A DNA stretch of 64,000 bases from a bacterium (GCA_043811375.1 JBDRNJ010000004.1:32001-96000); one strand, 5' to 3'. Counted from the stretch's first letter, positions 9,653-19,790 are shown. The notes: generated from the sequence alone by a model not told the origin. A program made the numbers and translations.

Positions 9653-10387
9653 ATGGAGCGGCAACTACAGAGACTGAACTGGCTTACTGTCAGGGAGTTG
9701 GTTCCTTCAAAATCAGACACGGTTATTCTGCCGGTGGGAACGGTGGAGGCCCACGGTCCCACCTGTTTAGGAACCGACAATTTCATTCCGGAAGCGATCG
9801 CCACGGCCATTGCCGACCGGCTGGAGGCACTGGTGGCGCCGACTCTCAACTACGGCATAACGAAATCGCTCTACCGTTATCCGGGCGGCATCAGTATCAA
9901 GCCGGAAACGTTTGGCCTGTTCCTGCACGACATCCTCAATTCCCTGGTCGACACCCGTTTCAAAAATATTATTGTCATGAACGGCCATGGCGGCAACAAC
10001 GCCGTCCTCAAAGATGTCGCCCATGATTTCCACCGTCGGCACCGGGTCAATATCGCCGTCATTCACTGGTTTGAATTGTGTCGTGAGTTGACGGCCGAGT
10101 TCTTCGGTCATGCCGGAGGACACGGCGGCACCGACGAAACCGCCATGGTGCAGGCTATCGATACCGACCTAGTGGACGAATCGAGCTATTCCCGCGACCA
10201 GGTCTACCAGTTCCGCAGCGGCGCCGATATTTACCCGGTCCCCGGTTGTGTTCTCCTCTATCAGGAGGACGAAGGTTATCCGGAATTTGACGAGGCCCGC
10301 TCCCGGGAGTACTTCGACCGGGTGATAACGGCCGTCGGTGATTTTACCGAGCAGGTTGTTTCCCGGTGGCGCCGGTTGGGCCTGTAG
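9653..10387 (+). CDS. creatininase-family amidohydrolase
   Basis: LPVGTVEAHG...GTD, NGHGGN and HGGTDET motifs. Confidence 0.92.
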   Translation: MERQLQRLNWLTVRELVPSKSDTVILPVGTVEAHGPTCLGTDNFIPEAIATAIADRLEALVAPTLNYGITKSLYRYPGGISIKPETFGLFLHDILNSLVDTRFKNIIVMNGHGGNNAVLKDVAHDFHRRHRVNIAVIHWFELCRELTAEFFGHAGGHGGTDETAMVQAIDTDLVDESSYSRDQVYQFRSGADIYPVPGCVLLYQEDEGYPEFDEARSREYFDRVITAVGDFTEQVVSRWRRLGL

Positions 10388-10521
10388 TTGTCCTTCGCGA
10401 GACCTGAAACAATTTTCTCCTCGACAGCAGAACCGGGCTGTTTACAATCGGTCGATCGCTTGACAAGCGGCTGCCGCTTCCTCTTATATGCAAATGTTGC
10501 CGAGGACCCGTAACACTACCG

Positions 10522-11184
10522 ATGAAAGAAACTTACTTCACAACTGAGTCCATCGAACGGAAAGCAACCGAACTGCTGCGCCGGACGCAACATATCAGTC
10601 GCGGCAGTATTGACAATCTCCGGCCACGCCGGTCGGCACTGCTGATCATGGACATGCAGAAGTATTTCCTTAAGCCCGATTCCCACGCCTTTATCCCCAG
10701 CGCCGGAGCCATTCTCCCCGGCCTGACGGAACTCCTCCGGGAATACCACCAGCGGTCCCTGCCGGTCTTTCTGACACGGCATACCAACACTGCCGCCAAT
10801 GCCGGACGCATGGCCGACTGGTGGCAGGAGTTGATCTGTCCGGATGATCCGCTGAGTGAACTAAACAATGAATTGACAGCGGTCGGTGGGGTCATTTTGG
10901 AAAAGAATCAGTACGATGCCTTTCATGGAACCCGGCTGGAGGAAACGTTGCGGACACGGCAGGTCACCCAGATCGTTATCGGCGGTTTAATGACCCATCT
11001 ATGCTGTGAGACAACGGCCCGTTCGGCGTTTTGCCGCGGATTCGAGGTCTTTTTCACAGTTGACGGAACCGCCACGTACAACGAACAGTTCCACCGGGCA
11101 TCCCTGCAAAACCTGGCCCACGGTTTCGCCACGATGGTATCAGTGCCACAACTGTTGGCGGTCCTGAGGAATCATGCCGATTGA
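10522..11184 (+). CDS. isochorismatase-family cysteine hydrolase
   Basis: DMQKYF, K(NQ)YDAF and HLCCETTAR provide the Asp-Lys-Cys triad. Confidence 0.92.
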   Translation: MKETYFTTESIERKATELLRRTQHISRGSIDNLRPRRSALLIMDMQKYFLKPDSHAFIPSAGAILPGLTELLREYHQRSLPVFLTRHTNTAANAGRMADWWQELICPDDPLSELNNELTAVGGVILEKNQYDAFHGTRLEETLRTRQVTQIVIGGLMTHLCCETTARSAFCRGFEVFFTVDGTATYNEQFHRASLQNLAHGFATMVSVPQLLAVLRNHAD

Positions 11185-12064
11185 AGACGTCATCATAGTC
11201 GGCGCCGGACCGGCCGGTATCGCTGCTGCCATCCAGTTACGTCGTCAGGGTCTCGATCCGGTCATCATTGAGAAAAACAAAATTGGAGGGCTGCTGCATA
11301 ATGCCGGTCTCGTGGAAAACTACCCGGGCTTTCCCGACAGCATCACCGGCCCAAACCTGGTTGTCCAACTCGAAAAGCAGTTAACTCAATACAAGCCCCG
11401 TCTCGTTTTCGAGGAAGTCTGGTCAGTCAACTTCGACAATAGCCGGTTCGCCGTCTCGACACCCCGGCAGACGATTCTGTCGCGCACCCTGCTGGTCGCT
11501 TCCGGCACCAGCGCTCGATTGTTTACCGATATAAAGGTCCCCGCCGAGTGCCGGAATCGCATTTTGTACGAAGTCTGGCCCATTCGAGAAGTTGAGGGCA
11601 AGGATATCGCCATTGTGGGTTCCGGGGATGCCGCCTTTGACTACGCCCTCAGCCTGGTACCCCGCAATCGAGTGACGATCCTCAATCGCAGTGTCGTTAC
11701 ACGATGTCTGCCTCTGCTTAAGGATCGTGTCCAACAATCAGCCTATGCCACTTACCGTCCCGATACTCGCCTGACCGAAATCAAGAGCGAGGGGTCCGAA
11801 AAGCTGCGCCTGGAGTGCCGAAATCGGGGTGAGGTCGAGACCCTTGTCGTTGACTACCTGTTGCCGGCTGTGGGTCGAAAGCCCCAACTCGGTTTTCTCG
11901 CCCCGCAATTGACGGGGTGTCAGGAAGAGTTGATCCGGGAGGGACTTCTTTACTTTGCCGGAGATGTGAAAAACGGTACTTTCCGCCAAACCGGAATCGC
12001 TGTCGGCGACGGAATAATGTCGGCTATGAAAATAGCTCGTAAGGTCGGGAGAGAAGCACCATGA
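11174..12064 (+). CDS. TrxB-like NAD(P)/FAD-dependent oxidoreductase lacking the redox CxxC
   Basis: GAGPAG, VENYPGF, GSGDAA and FAGD motifs; no CxxC before the NAD(P) site. Confidence 0.85.
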   Translation: MPIEDVIIVGAGPAGIAAAIQLRRQGLDPVIIEKNKIGGLLHNAGLVENYPGFPDSITGPNLVVQLEKQLTQYKPRLVFEEVWSVNFDNSRFAVSTPRQTILSRTLLVASGTSARLFTDIKVPAECRNRILYEVWPIREVEGKDIAIVGSGDAAFDYALSLVPRNRVTILNRSVVTRCLPLLKDRVQQSAYATYRPDTRLTEIKSEGSEKLRLECRNRGEVETLVVDYLLPAVGRKPQLGFLAPQLTGCQEELIREGLLYFAGDVKNGTFRQTGIAVGDGIMSAMKIARKVGREAP

Positions 12065-13014
12065 AAGTCCGGGCATGTGCGGGCCGGGATGATATCGCTA
12101 CTGTCTACATCGCGGAAATGTCCGGAGGCAAAGTTGTGGAGTTTCTCGAATCGGTGCAGCCGCCTCTACCCCGCGAGAAGAAATGGGTATTGATTATTTC
12201 CTCCCTCTTCGGCTGTCCGGTGCGGTGTCCCATCTGCGATGCCGGCGGTGATTACCGGGGAAAGCTGTCGGTTGACGAAATCCTGGCCCAAACCGACTTT
12301 CTGGTCTACCGCCGGTTCGCCGACGGCCATGTCCCTGTGGAGAAGTTCAAGATTCAGTTCGCCCGGATGGGTGACCCGGCTCTTAACGGCGCCGTCCCGG
12401 ACGCCCTTGAGGCTCTCTCCCGACGCTACCGGGCGCCGGGACTGATGCCGTGCCTGTCGACGGTAGCCCCGGCCGGATGCGAACAATTCTTCGAGCGACT
12501 GCTTGACATCAGGAATCGCTGCTACCCCGGTCGCTTTCAACTGCAATTCTCTATCCACACGACCGACCAGGCAGCCCGAGACCGACTGATACCGATAGAG
12601 AAATGGGACCTGGCAGCTATCGCCCGCTACGGGGAACGTTTCCACCGGACCGGTGATCGTAAAATCACGCTGAATTTTGCATTGGTCGCCGGTACACCGG
12701 TTGATCCGGCGGTATTGCTTGACCAGTTCGATCCGAACCGTTTTCTGATCAAGATTACGCCGCTGAATCCGACCTGTCGGACAATAGCCAATGGGCTGGA
12801 CTCCTACGTGGTTCCAGACCGCCCGGACGACAGTTACCCGGTGGTGCAGGCTTTGCGTAACGCTGACTACGAAGTGATCGTCAGCATCGGCGAACTTACC
12901 GAGAACAACATCGGCAGCAACTGCGGTCAGTACGTATCCGCTTATCTGAAAGAAAAAGCCGCTTTGGGTGAGACCTATTCATTCCCGGTGAATGAGTATG
13001 CCGGCACACAGTGA
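12061..13014 (+). CDS. radical SAM protein, RlmN/Cfr-like (short form)
   Basis: CPVRCPIC cluster motif, MGDP, FSIH and C-terminal SNCGQ. Confidence 0.88.
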   Translation: MKVRACAGRDDIATVYIAEMSGGKVVEFLESVQPPLPREKKWVLIISSLFGCPVRCPICDAGGDYRGKLSVDEILAQTDFLVYRRFADGHVPVEKFKIQFARMGDPALNGAVPDALEALSRRYRAPGLMPCLSTVAPAGCEQFFERLLDIRNRCYPGRFQLQFSIHTTDQAARDRLIPIEKWDLAAIARYGERFHRTGDRKITLNFALVAGTPVDPAVLLDQFDPNRFLIKITPLNPTCRTIANGLDSYVVPDRPDDSYPVVQALRNADYEVIVSIGELTENNIGSNCGQYVSAYLKEKAALGETYSFPVNEYAGTQ

Positions 13015-13032
13015 CGGCCGGGCTATAGCGCC

Positions 13033-13593
13033 ATGAGTGTACCTGCCAAATCGACGGACATCATAGTCAATGGTGACCGCATCGTCCTGCGCAAGGTAAC
13101 AAGAGCGGATGCTCAAACCATATTCGAAAACGTCCGTGACCGTGAAATCAGCCGCTACACGTTCATACCTCATCCTTACCGGCTCCGGGATGCCCTGCAC
13201 TTTATACGCTTTGCACAGCTACAGATGAAAAAGGGACTGGAATATCATTTAGGTATCGAACTGAAGAGCAGTGAGCGGATTATCGGTATGATCGGCCTGA
13301 TGCGGGTCGATCTCCGAAACCGTAACGCCGAGATCGGCTACTGGCTGAGCAAAAGTTACTGGGGGCAGGGCCTGGCCGGTGACGCTCTGCACCTGATGCT
13401 ACACTTTGCCTTCCGGGAACTGAAGCTGGTCCGTGTCTATGCTCACGTGATGCACCCCAACCATGCCTCGGCGCGCATGCTGGAAAGGGCCGGTTTCACA
13501 CGGGAAGGTTGCCTCCGCAAGCATTTGCTGCGTAGTGGCCGCAGACTTGATCTGCTTTACTACGGCCTGCTCAAACAGGAATACCGACCCTGA
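13033..13593 (+). CDS. GNAT acetyltransferase (RimJ/RimL type)
   Basis: AEIGYWL...WGQGLA and NHASARMLERAGFTREG motifs. Confidence 0.92.
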   Translation: MSVPAKSTDIIVNGDRIVLRKVTRADAQTIFENVRDREISRYTFIPHPYRLRDALHFIRFAQLQMKKGLEYHLGIELKSSERIIGMIGLMRVDLRNRNAEIGYWLSKSYWGQGLAGDALHLMLHFAFRELKLVRVYAHVMHPNHASARMLERAGFTREGCLRKHLLRSGRRLDLLYYGLLKQEYRP

Positions 13594-13610
13594 TTGCTCA
13601 TTCCCGGCAT

Positions 13611-13641
13611 AAAAAAAGCCGGAACCAAAGCTCCGGCTTTT
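13611..13641. terminator. bidirectional intrinsic terminator
   Basis: AAAAAAAGCCGGA-loop-TCCGGCTTTT between convergent genes. Confidence 0.8.
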
Positions 13642-13658
13642 ATCTGCTGTGCTGTTTC

Positions 13659-14249
13659 TTAGAAGAATTTCAATCCGAGTGTAATCGGGATAAAGGCGGT
13701 ACCCTCGCCTTCGGTGGCAACGTTGACATACCGGCCCTGGACGAACAGATTCATTGTCGGTCCGACCTTCATTTCCACACCGGCACCAAAGTTGTAATAC
13801 ATCTTGTTCAGGCTTTCTGTGGATGTCGGTGTAAAACCGGCCGCCAAAAGCAGATTGCCGCCAAAGGACGACTGCTGGATATTGGCTAACCCGGCTCCGG
13901 CGAAAGCGAACGGCTTAATCGAGGCCGTCGGCAGACCAAATGCAAAGCGGCCGTCGCCACCAAACATCAGCATCCGGCTGTCGCCGCCGTCAAGACCGGT
14001 GATACCGCCAAAATCGAAGGCGAACTTGTGGTACTCAGCCTTACCGACCACTTGGAAAGCGGGTCCGAATTTGTAGCCCAGTCCGGCCAGACCATGGTAA
14101 CCGGTCTTGTAGCCGTCTTTGAAGCCATCGGGGGCAGTGGGTAGACTGAGCGCCCCACCGGCATACAGACTGAACGGCGTCGGCACCTGGGCGGATACGC
14201 CGAGCGCCAGTGCGATCACGCATACCGCCGTCAATAACAACTTCTTCAT
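13659..14249 (-). CDS. outer-membrane beta-barrel protein (8-stranded OmpA/OmpW-like)
   Basis: Signal peptide MKKLLL..SA after GGAGG; alternating beta pattern; C-terminal Phe. Confidence 0.8.
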   Translation of the reverse strand: MKKLLLTAVCVIALALGVSAQVPTPFSLYAGGALSLPTAPDGFKDGYKTGYHGLAGLGYKFGPAFQVVGKAEYHKFAFDFGGITGLDGGDSRMLMFGGDGRFAFGLPTASIKPFAFAGAGLANIQQSSFGGNLLLAAGFTPTSTESLNKMYYNFGAGVEMKVGPTMNLFVQGRYVNVATEGEGTAFIPITLGLKFF

Positions 14250-14428
14250 TTGCAGCTCCTCCAATAAGGTTTGTCTGTCACTCTATTGTCGGTTGGAGCA
14301 TCTCCGGTCTTTAGCTTAACAAGACTAATTTTGTTTCCCTTCCCATTTCATTAGCGTACCAGTCACTTGGTTGGCGAGACGGCCTTTACCCGCGACCGAC
14401 TCCGTACATCGACCTTTCTTAACACCAA

Positions 14429-14459
14429 GAAAAAAGGCCGGAGTTTGAATCCCGGCCTT
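14429..14459 (-). terminator. intrinsic terminator
   Basis: AAGGCCGG hairpin followed by a U-run on the minus strand. Confidence 0.7.
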
Positions 14460-14479
14460 AGTGCTGTTTCGGTCTGTTA

Positions 14480-15091
14480 TCAGAACCTGAGTCCGACCGT
14501 CAACGGCATGAAACCTGTTGACTCACCGGAAGTAGCAACGCTTACAACAGTACCCTGAATGAAAACCTTCATTGTCGATCCGGTCTTAATCTCCACTCCC
14601 CCACCGAGATTGATGTACAGCTTAGTTTCCTCAAACCCCAGCGGAATATGTATGCCCGGAGCGCTGATATCAGAAAACGAGAGGTTAGCTACTCCGAGTC
14701 CGGCAAAGAACACGCCGTTGGCGGATGCTGAAGAGGAGCCGAATACAAACCGCGCGTCGCCACCCACCATGAACGCCCTCAACGCCGCACCACTCACTCC
14801 GGTCACTCCGAATGTACCCCAGCTAAACGGCATACTGTGATATTCGGTCTTGCCGACGATGTAGAGGGTGCGAGTCACCTTTAGACCGACTCCGATCGTT
14901 CCGTGAAAGCCGACCGACCAGAAGTCCTGGAACTCGTCAGGGGATACCGGTATTGATGCACCGGCACCAATGTAGACAGCGGTCGATTTGGCTGGCACCT
15001 GCTCCATTGCTGACCCTGTTGCCGCCAGACAGATCACAATACCGACCACCAGTGTTGTGCGAGCAGCCTTCTGCAGTAGTGATTTGCTCAT
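14480..15091 (-). CDS. outer-membrane beta-barrel protein, paralog of the neighbouring gene
   Basis: Shares motifs with 13659-14249 (VGKxEYH, GGDxRF, GxGVExK, VAT.GE.T.F.P.T.GL.F). Confidence 0.8.
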   Translation of the reverse strand: MSKSLLQKAARTTLVVGIVICLAATGSAMEQVPAKSTAVYIGAGASIPVSPDEFQDFWSVGFHGTIGVGLKVTRTLYIVGKTEYHSMPFSWGTFGVTGVSGAALRAFMVGGDARFVFGSSSASANGVFFAGLGVANLSFSDISAPGIHIPLGFEETKLYINLGGGVEIKTGSTMKVFIQGTVVSVATSGESTGFMPLTVGLRF

Positions 15092-15412
15092 CCCGTTCCT
15101 CCTTCAGATTAGTTGCAATTGGCCCTGATTGTCGTGTACACTTCTCATCCAAATACAAGCCCTTCAATCAACAATTTACGAACAACGGGGAAACTGAGTC
15201 AAGGGAAAAATCCCCGGCAGCTTACTCCAACCAGAAAAAGCTATGTGACTCCGGTGCTGCTTATGAATCAGGAGGGAATAAGATTGGATTACAAGTAACT
15301 CCCGCGTTCGCCCGCCGGGACATTTGTGAGCACCTTCACTTGCTTCGCCCCACCCTTTTGTATATATAGTCTCATTGACAACAATTTGGCTATAATTCAG
15401 GAGGAAAACGAT

Positions 15413-16603
15413 ATGGCAGACAGACCTAACGCCTACATTGTCTCAGCCTGTCGCAGCGCTATCGGGGTGCTGCACGGCGGATTGGGCACATTGACCGCCC
15501 CCCAACTGGGCGCACTAGCGGTAAAAGAGGCAGTCAAACGGGCCGGTATCGACCCGGCTGACGTGGAAGAAGTGATCATGGGCCAGGTGGTCCAGGGTGG
15601 ATCGGGGCAGGCTCCCGCCCGCCAGGCGGCCATACACGGCGGAGTGCCGCCGGAAGCCGGTGCTATGACGATCAACAAGGTATGTGGTTCGGGGCTGAAA
15701 GCAGTTATGCTGGCGGCTCAGTCAATCCGGGCCGGGGACCAGGATGTGTTTATCGCCGGTGGCATGGAGTCGATGTCAAAGACGCCACTGGCCCTGCACG
15801 GCGCCAAGACCGGTTACAAATTCGGCCACCAGAAGCTGATCGACCTGATGATCAGCGACGGTTTGTGGGACAGCTTCAACAATTTCCACATGGGCAACGC
15901 CGCCGAACTGACCCGGGAAAAAGTCGGTATCACCCGCGAGGAGCAGGACGAGTTTGCCTGCAACTCGCACAAAAAGGCTGTAGCGGCCCAGGAAGCCGGC
16001 AAGTTCAAAGAGGAAATCTTTGACGTCAGCATCCCGCAGCGCAAGGGCGATCCCGTTATCTTCAACAAGGATGAAGGCCCGCGGCCAGGTCTTTCGGTTG
16101 AGAAACTGGCCCGACTGCGCCCGGCTTTTGTCAAGGACGGCACCGTCACCGCCGGCAACTCACCCGGCCTCAATGACGGCAGCGCCGCCACGGTGGTCGT
16201 TTCGGAGAAGTATTTGAAAGAAAAGGGCCTCAAGCCCCTGGCCAGAGTGGTCGAGTACGCAGTAGCCGGAACCGCTCCGGTTGACCTGTTTTTCTCACCC
16301 ATCTACGCCGTGCGCAAGCTGATGGAGAAGATGAAAGTCGATATCAACCACTTCGACCTTATCGAAGCCAACGAGGCTTTTTCGGCGCAGGCATTGGCTG
16401 ACGGCAAGGAACTCAAGTGGGACTGGGATCGTGTCAACGTTCACGGTGGTGCTGTGGCGCTGGGGCACCCCATTGGAGCTTCCGGCACGCGGGTGCTGGT
16501 AACATTAATATACGCGCTTAAGGACCGGGGACTCAAGACCGGCCTGGCGACATTGTGCCTCGGCGGCGGCAACGCCGTGGCGATGGCTATTGAAATCTGT
16601 TGA
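15413..16603 (+). CDS. acetyl-CoA C-acetyltransferase (thiolase)
   Basis: [19 protein letters not shown] and LCLGGG motifs; AGGAGG SD. Confidence 0.96.
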   Translation: MADRPNAYIVSACRSAIGVLHGGLGTLTAPQLGALAVKEAVKRAGIDPADVEEVIMGQVVQGGSGQAPARQAAIHGGVPPEAGAMTINKVCGSGLKAVMLAAQSIRAGDQDVFIAGGMESMSKTPLALHGAKTGYKFGHQKLIDLMISDGLWDSFNNFHMGNAAELTREKVGITREEQDEFACNSHKKAVAAQEAGKFKEEIFDVSIPQRKGDPVIFNKDEGPRPGLSVEKLARLRPAFVKDGTVTAGNSPGLNDGSAATVVVSEKYLKEKGLKPLARVVEYAVAGTAPVDLFFSPIYAVRKLMEKMKVDINHFDLIEANEAFSAQALADGKELKWDWDRVNVHGGAVALGHPIGASGTRVLVTLIYALKDRGLKTGLATLCLGGGNAVAMAIEIC

Positions 16604-16623
16604 GCAACTCAGGGAGATTGAAA

Positions 16624-17487
16624 ATGAAAGCGGATGATATCAAACAAATTGCGGTTATCGGTAGCGGCACTATGGGCAACGGTATCGCCCAGGTGTGCGC
16701 CATGACCGGCTATGACGTCACTTTGATCGACATCAAGCAGGAGTTTCTTGACCGGGCTGTTAAGACAATCACCAAGAGCTTCGATCGCCTGCTCAAGAAA
16801 GAGAAGATTACCGAGGACGACAAAAAGGCCGCCCTGGGACACATCAGCACCACTACCGAACTACCGGCTGCCAAAGATGCGCAACTGGTCATCGAAGCGG
16901 TCAATGAAGATCTGGCTGTCAAGCTCGACATCTTCACCAAACTGGAAAATGTCTGTGGGCCGGATACGATCTTCGCCTCCAACACCTCGTCGCTGCCCAT
17001 CACTCAGTTGGCGGCAGCAACCAAACGGCCGGAGAAGTTCATCGGTATGCACTTCATGAACCCGGTACCGATGATGAAACTGATCGAGGTCATTCGCGGC
17101 ATCGCAACTTCGGACGACACCTACAACCTGGTGAGCGACGTCTCCAAGAAACTGGGCAAGATCCCGGTGGAAGTAAACGACTTCCCCGGTTTCGTCGCCA
17201 ACCGCATTCTGCTGCCGATGATCAACGAGGCCATCTACGCCCACATGGAGGGCGTGGCTACGGTTGAAGCTATCGACTCCGTTATGAAACTGGGCATGGC
17301 GCACCCGATGGGTCCGCTGACGCTGGCCGATTTCATCGGTCTTGATGTCTGCCTGGCGATACTGGAAGTTATGCATGAGGGACTGGGCGATCCCAAGTAT
17401 CGGCCCTGCCCGTTGTTGAGGAAGATGGTGCAGGCCGGTTATCTTGGTCGCAAGTCCGGTCGCGGCTTTTATGACTACAGTTCTTAG
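16624..17487 (+). CDS. hbd: 3-hydroxybutyryl-CoA dehydrogenase
   Basis: GSGTMG, SNTSS, GMHFMNP and HPMGP motifs. Confidence 0.95.
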   Translation: MKADDIKQIAVIGSGTMGNGIAQVCAMTGYDVTLIDIKQEFLDRAVKTITKSFDRLLKKEKITEDDKKAALGHISTTTELPAAKDAQLVIEAVNEDLAVKLDIFTKLENVCGPDTIFASNTSSLPITQLAAATKRPEKFIGMHFMNPVPMMKLIEVIRGIATSDDTYNLVSDVSKKLGKIPVEVNDFPGFVANRILLPMINEAIYAHMEGVATVEAIDSVMKLGMAHPMGPLTLADFIGLDVCLAILEVMHEGLGDPKYRPCPLLRKMVQAGYLGRKSGRGFYDYSS

Positions 17488-17498
17488 AGAGAGATGAG

Positions 17499-18641
17499 AT
17501 GGATTTTAAGTTATCCGAAGAGGACCTTGATCTGAAAGATATGGCGCGCGATTTCGCGGAAAAACGCCTCTACCCCCACGCCGAAGAGTTCGATGAAAAG
17601 GCAGCAACACCACCGGAACTTATCAAAGAATGCGCCGAGCTCGGTTATTTTGGCTTCATGGTCCCCGAAGAGTACGGCGGTGCCGGACTGAGCACGGTCA
17701 CCTTTATGGGTGTCCTGGAGGAAATCAGTGCCGCCTGCGCCGGTTTTGGCATCCTGCTGTCAGTGCACAATTCACTCTGCTGTGAAATCGTCAAATGTTT
17801 CGGTACTGACGCGCTAAAGAAAAAGTACCTGCCGGCGATGGCGGCCGGTGAGAAAATCGGCGCCTACTGTGTCACCGAACCGAACGCCGGTACCGACCTC
17901 GCTTCTATCTCCTGCTCCGCCACCGATAAAGGAGACCACTACCTGCTTGACGGTACCAAAACCTTTGTCACCAATGCCGCCCATGCCGGTGTCCTGATCG
18001 TCTTCGTCAAGACCGATCCCGATGCCGGCCACAAGGGACTCAGTTGCTTTGTCGTGGACAAAGACAGCGACGGCATCACGCTGGGCAAGAATGAGCACAA
18101 ATGCGGCCTTAAAGCATCCGATCTGCGTGAGATCAGTTTTGCCGATGTCAGGGTACCCAAAGACAACCTGCTGGGCAATCTCGGCGACGGGTTCCGCATG
18201 GCCGTTACCATTCTCAATTCCGGTCGCATCGGAGTTTCGTTTCAGGCAACCGGTATGGCGCGCTCGGCACTGACTGAGTCCATCAAGTATTCCAAGGAAC
18301 GCAAACAGTTCGGTCAGCCGATTGCCAATTTCCAGGCCATTCAGTTTAAGCTGGCCGACATGGCTACCCGTATCGACGCCGGACGACTGCTGGGTTACCG
18401 GGCAGCCATGCTCAAAGACGCCGGTGTCCCGTGCCATCGGGAATCGTCGATGGCCAAGCTGTTCTGCTCGCAGACGGCCAACTTCGTATGCAACGAAGCG
18501 GTACAGATTCACGGCGGTTACGGCTACATGAAAGAGTACGCCGTCGAGCGTTATTTCCGCGACGCCCGCGTTACCGAGATTTACGAAGGCACCACCGAGG
18601 CCCAGAAGATGGTCATCTCCCGTGACCTGCTGAAGGAGTAG
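17499..18641 (+). CDS. acyl-CoA dehydrogenase (short-chain type)
   Basis: TEPNAGTD, RKQFG, QIHGGYGY and IYEGT motifs. Confidence 0.95.
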   Translation: MDFKLSEEDLDLKDMARDFAEKRLYPHAEEFDEKAATPPELIKECAELGYFGFMVPEEYGGAGLSTVTFMGVLEEISAACAGFGILLSVHNSLCCEIVKCFGTDALKKKYLPAMAAGEKIGAYCVTEPNAGTDLASISCSATDKGDHYLLDGTKTFVTNAAHAGVLIVFVKTDPDAGHKGLSCFVVDKDSDGITLGKNEHKCGLKASDLREISFADVRVPKDNLLGNLGDGFRMAVTILNSGRIGVSFQATGMARSALTESIKYSKERKQFGQPIANFQAIQFKLADMATRIDAGRLLGYRAAMLKDAGVPCHRESSMAKLFCSQTANFVCNEAVQIHGGYGYMKEYAVERYFRDARVTEIYEGTTEAQKMVISRDLLKE

Positions 18642-18644
18642 GCT

Positions 18645-19790
18645 GTGCTGGAGAAGAAACACCTCGAGTTCCGGGAGAAAGTTCGCGCCTTTGCGCTTGA
18701 GCAGATCGAACCGGCTGCGACCCGGCTGGACCTCGAACAGAAATTCCTGGCCGAACATATTCAGCCGATGGCCGACCTTGGCCTGATGAGTATGCTCATC
18801 CCCGAAGAGTACGGCGGAGCAAAGGTTGACACTATCTGTTATTCGATCGCCGTGGAAGAACTGTCGCGTGTCTGTGGTTCGACCGGCATCACCATCGCCG
18901 CCCACAACTCGCTGGGAACCTACCCGGTGATCGCTTTCGGAACCGAAGAACAGAAAAAGAAGTACCTGCCGCGCGCCGCTGCGGGCGGACTGATGGCATT
19001 CGGTTTGACCGAGCCGGATGCCGGTTCCGATGCCGGCGGCACCCGCTCCTACGCCCGCAAGGAGGGCGATCACTGGATTATCAATGGCACCAAGTGCTTT
19101 ATCACGTCGGCTTCGCACTCCTTCGCTTCCGTCAACACCGCCAAGACCACCGATGACCCCAAAGACACCGCCATCACTTCCTTCATTATGGAGAAGGACT
19201 GGGACGGCTACAGTATTGGTAAGAAAGAAAACAAACTCGGCCTGCGCGCCTCGGATACGGCCTCGATGCACTTCGATGATGTCAAGGTCCCGGTGGAGAA
19301 CCAGTTGGGTGAAGTCGGGCACGGGTTCAAGCAGATGCTCAACACGCTCGATGGCGGGCGCATTTCTATCGGCGCTATGGCTGTGGGCCTGGCACAGGGA
19401 GCGCTTGACTGCGCTCTTAAGTACGCCTCCCAGCGAGTGCAGTTCGGTAAACCGATCGGGTATCATCAGGCTGTCGGTCACACTCTGGCCGACATGGCTA
19501 CCGAGATCGAAGCCGCCCGGCTGATTGTCTACGAGGCATCGCGGATGAAAGATATGGGCGGACGTTTCAGCCGCCACTCGGCGATGTGCAAGCTGTTTGC
19601 CTCCGAGGTCGGCACTCGCTGCGCCTTCAAAGCAATCGGTGTTTTAGGCGGTGTCGGCTGTCTGACCGGTGCTTACCCGGCCGAACGCATCTGGCGCGAC
19701 GTCAAGCTCTGCGAAATCGGTGAAGGCACATCCGAGATTCAGCGGTTGGTGATTGCACGGGATTTGCTCCAGTCGGTGAAGGGGAAATAG
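18645..19790 (+). CDS. acyl-CoA dehydrogenase
   Basis: LTEPDAGSD, RVQFG and EIGEGTSEIQ motifs. Confidence 0.95.
   Translation: MLEKKHLEFREKVRAFALEQIEPAATRLDLEQKFLAEHIQPMADLGLMSMLIPEEYGGAKVDTICYSIAVEELSRVCGSTGITIAAHNSLGTYPVIAFGTEEQKKKYLPRAAAGGLMAFGLTEPDAGSDAGGTRSYARKEGDHWIINGTKCFITSASHSFASVNTAKTTDDPKDTAITSFIMEKDWDGYSIGKKENKLGLRASDTASMHFDDVKVPVENQLGEVGHGFKQMLNTLDGGRISIGAMAVGLAQGALDCALKYASQRVQFGKPIGYHQAVGHTLADMATEIEAARLIVYEASRMKDMGGRFSRHSAMCKLFASEVGTRCAFKAIGVLGGVGCLTGAYPAERIWRDVKLCEIGEGTSEIQRLVIARDLLQSVKGK

Noticed and set aside
13012..13035. Radical SAM TGA in frame with the downstream GNAT (possible Sec read-through fusion)
   Set aside because: The TGA is not in a Cys-like motif, no convincing SECIS hairpin was seen, and both proteins look complete.
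15375..15396. TTGACA and TATAAT before thiolase
   Set aside because: Spacer is only 10 nt, so they are not a canonical pair; at most an extended -10.
18639..18647. Two acyl-CoA dehydrogenases in frame, separated by one TAG (possible read-through or pyrrolysine)
   Set aside because: Both are complete domains and the second has its own AAGGAG SD and GTG start.
17814..19577. 587-aa antisense ORF over both acyl-CoA dehydrogenases
   Set aside because: Shadow frame of GC-biased codon usage. It spans both genes only because they share a frame, and it has no motifs.
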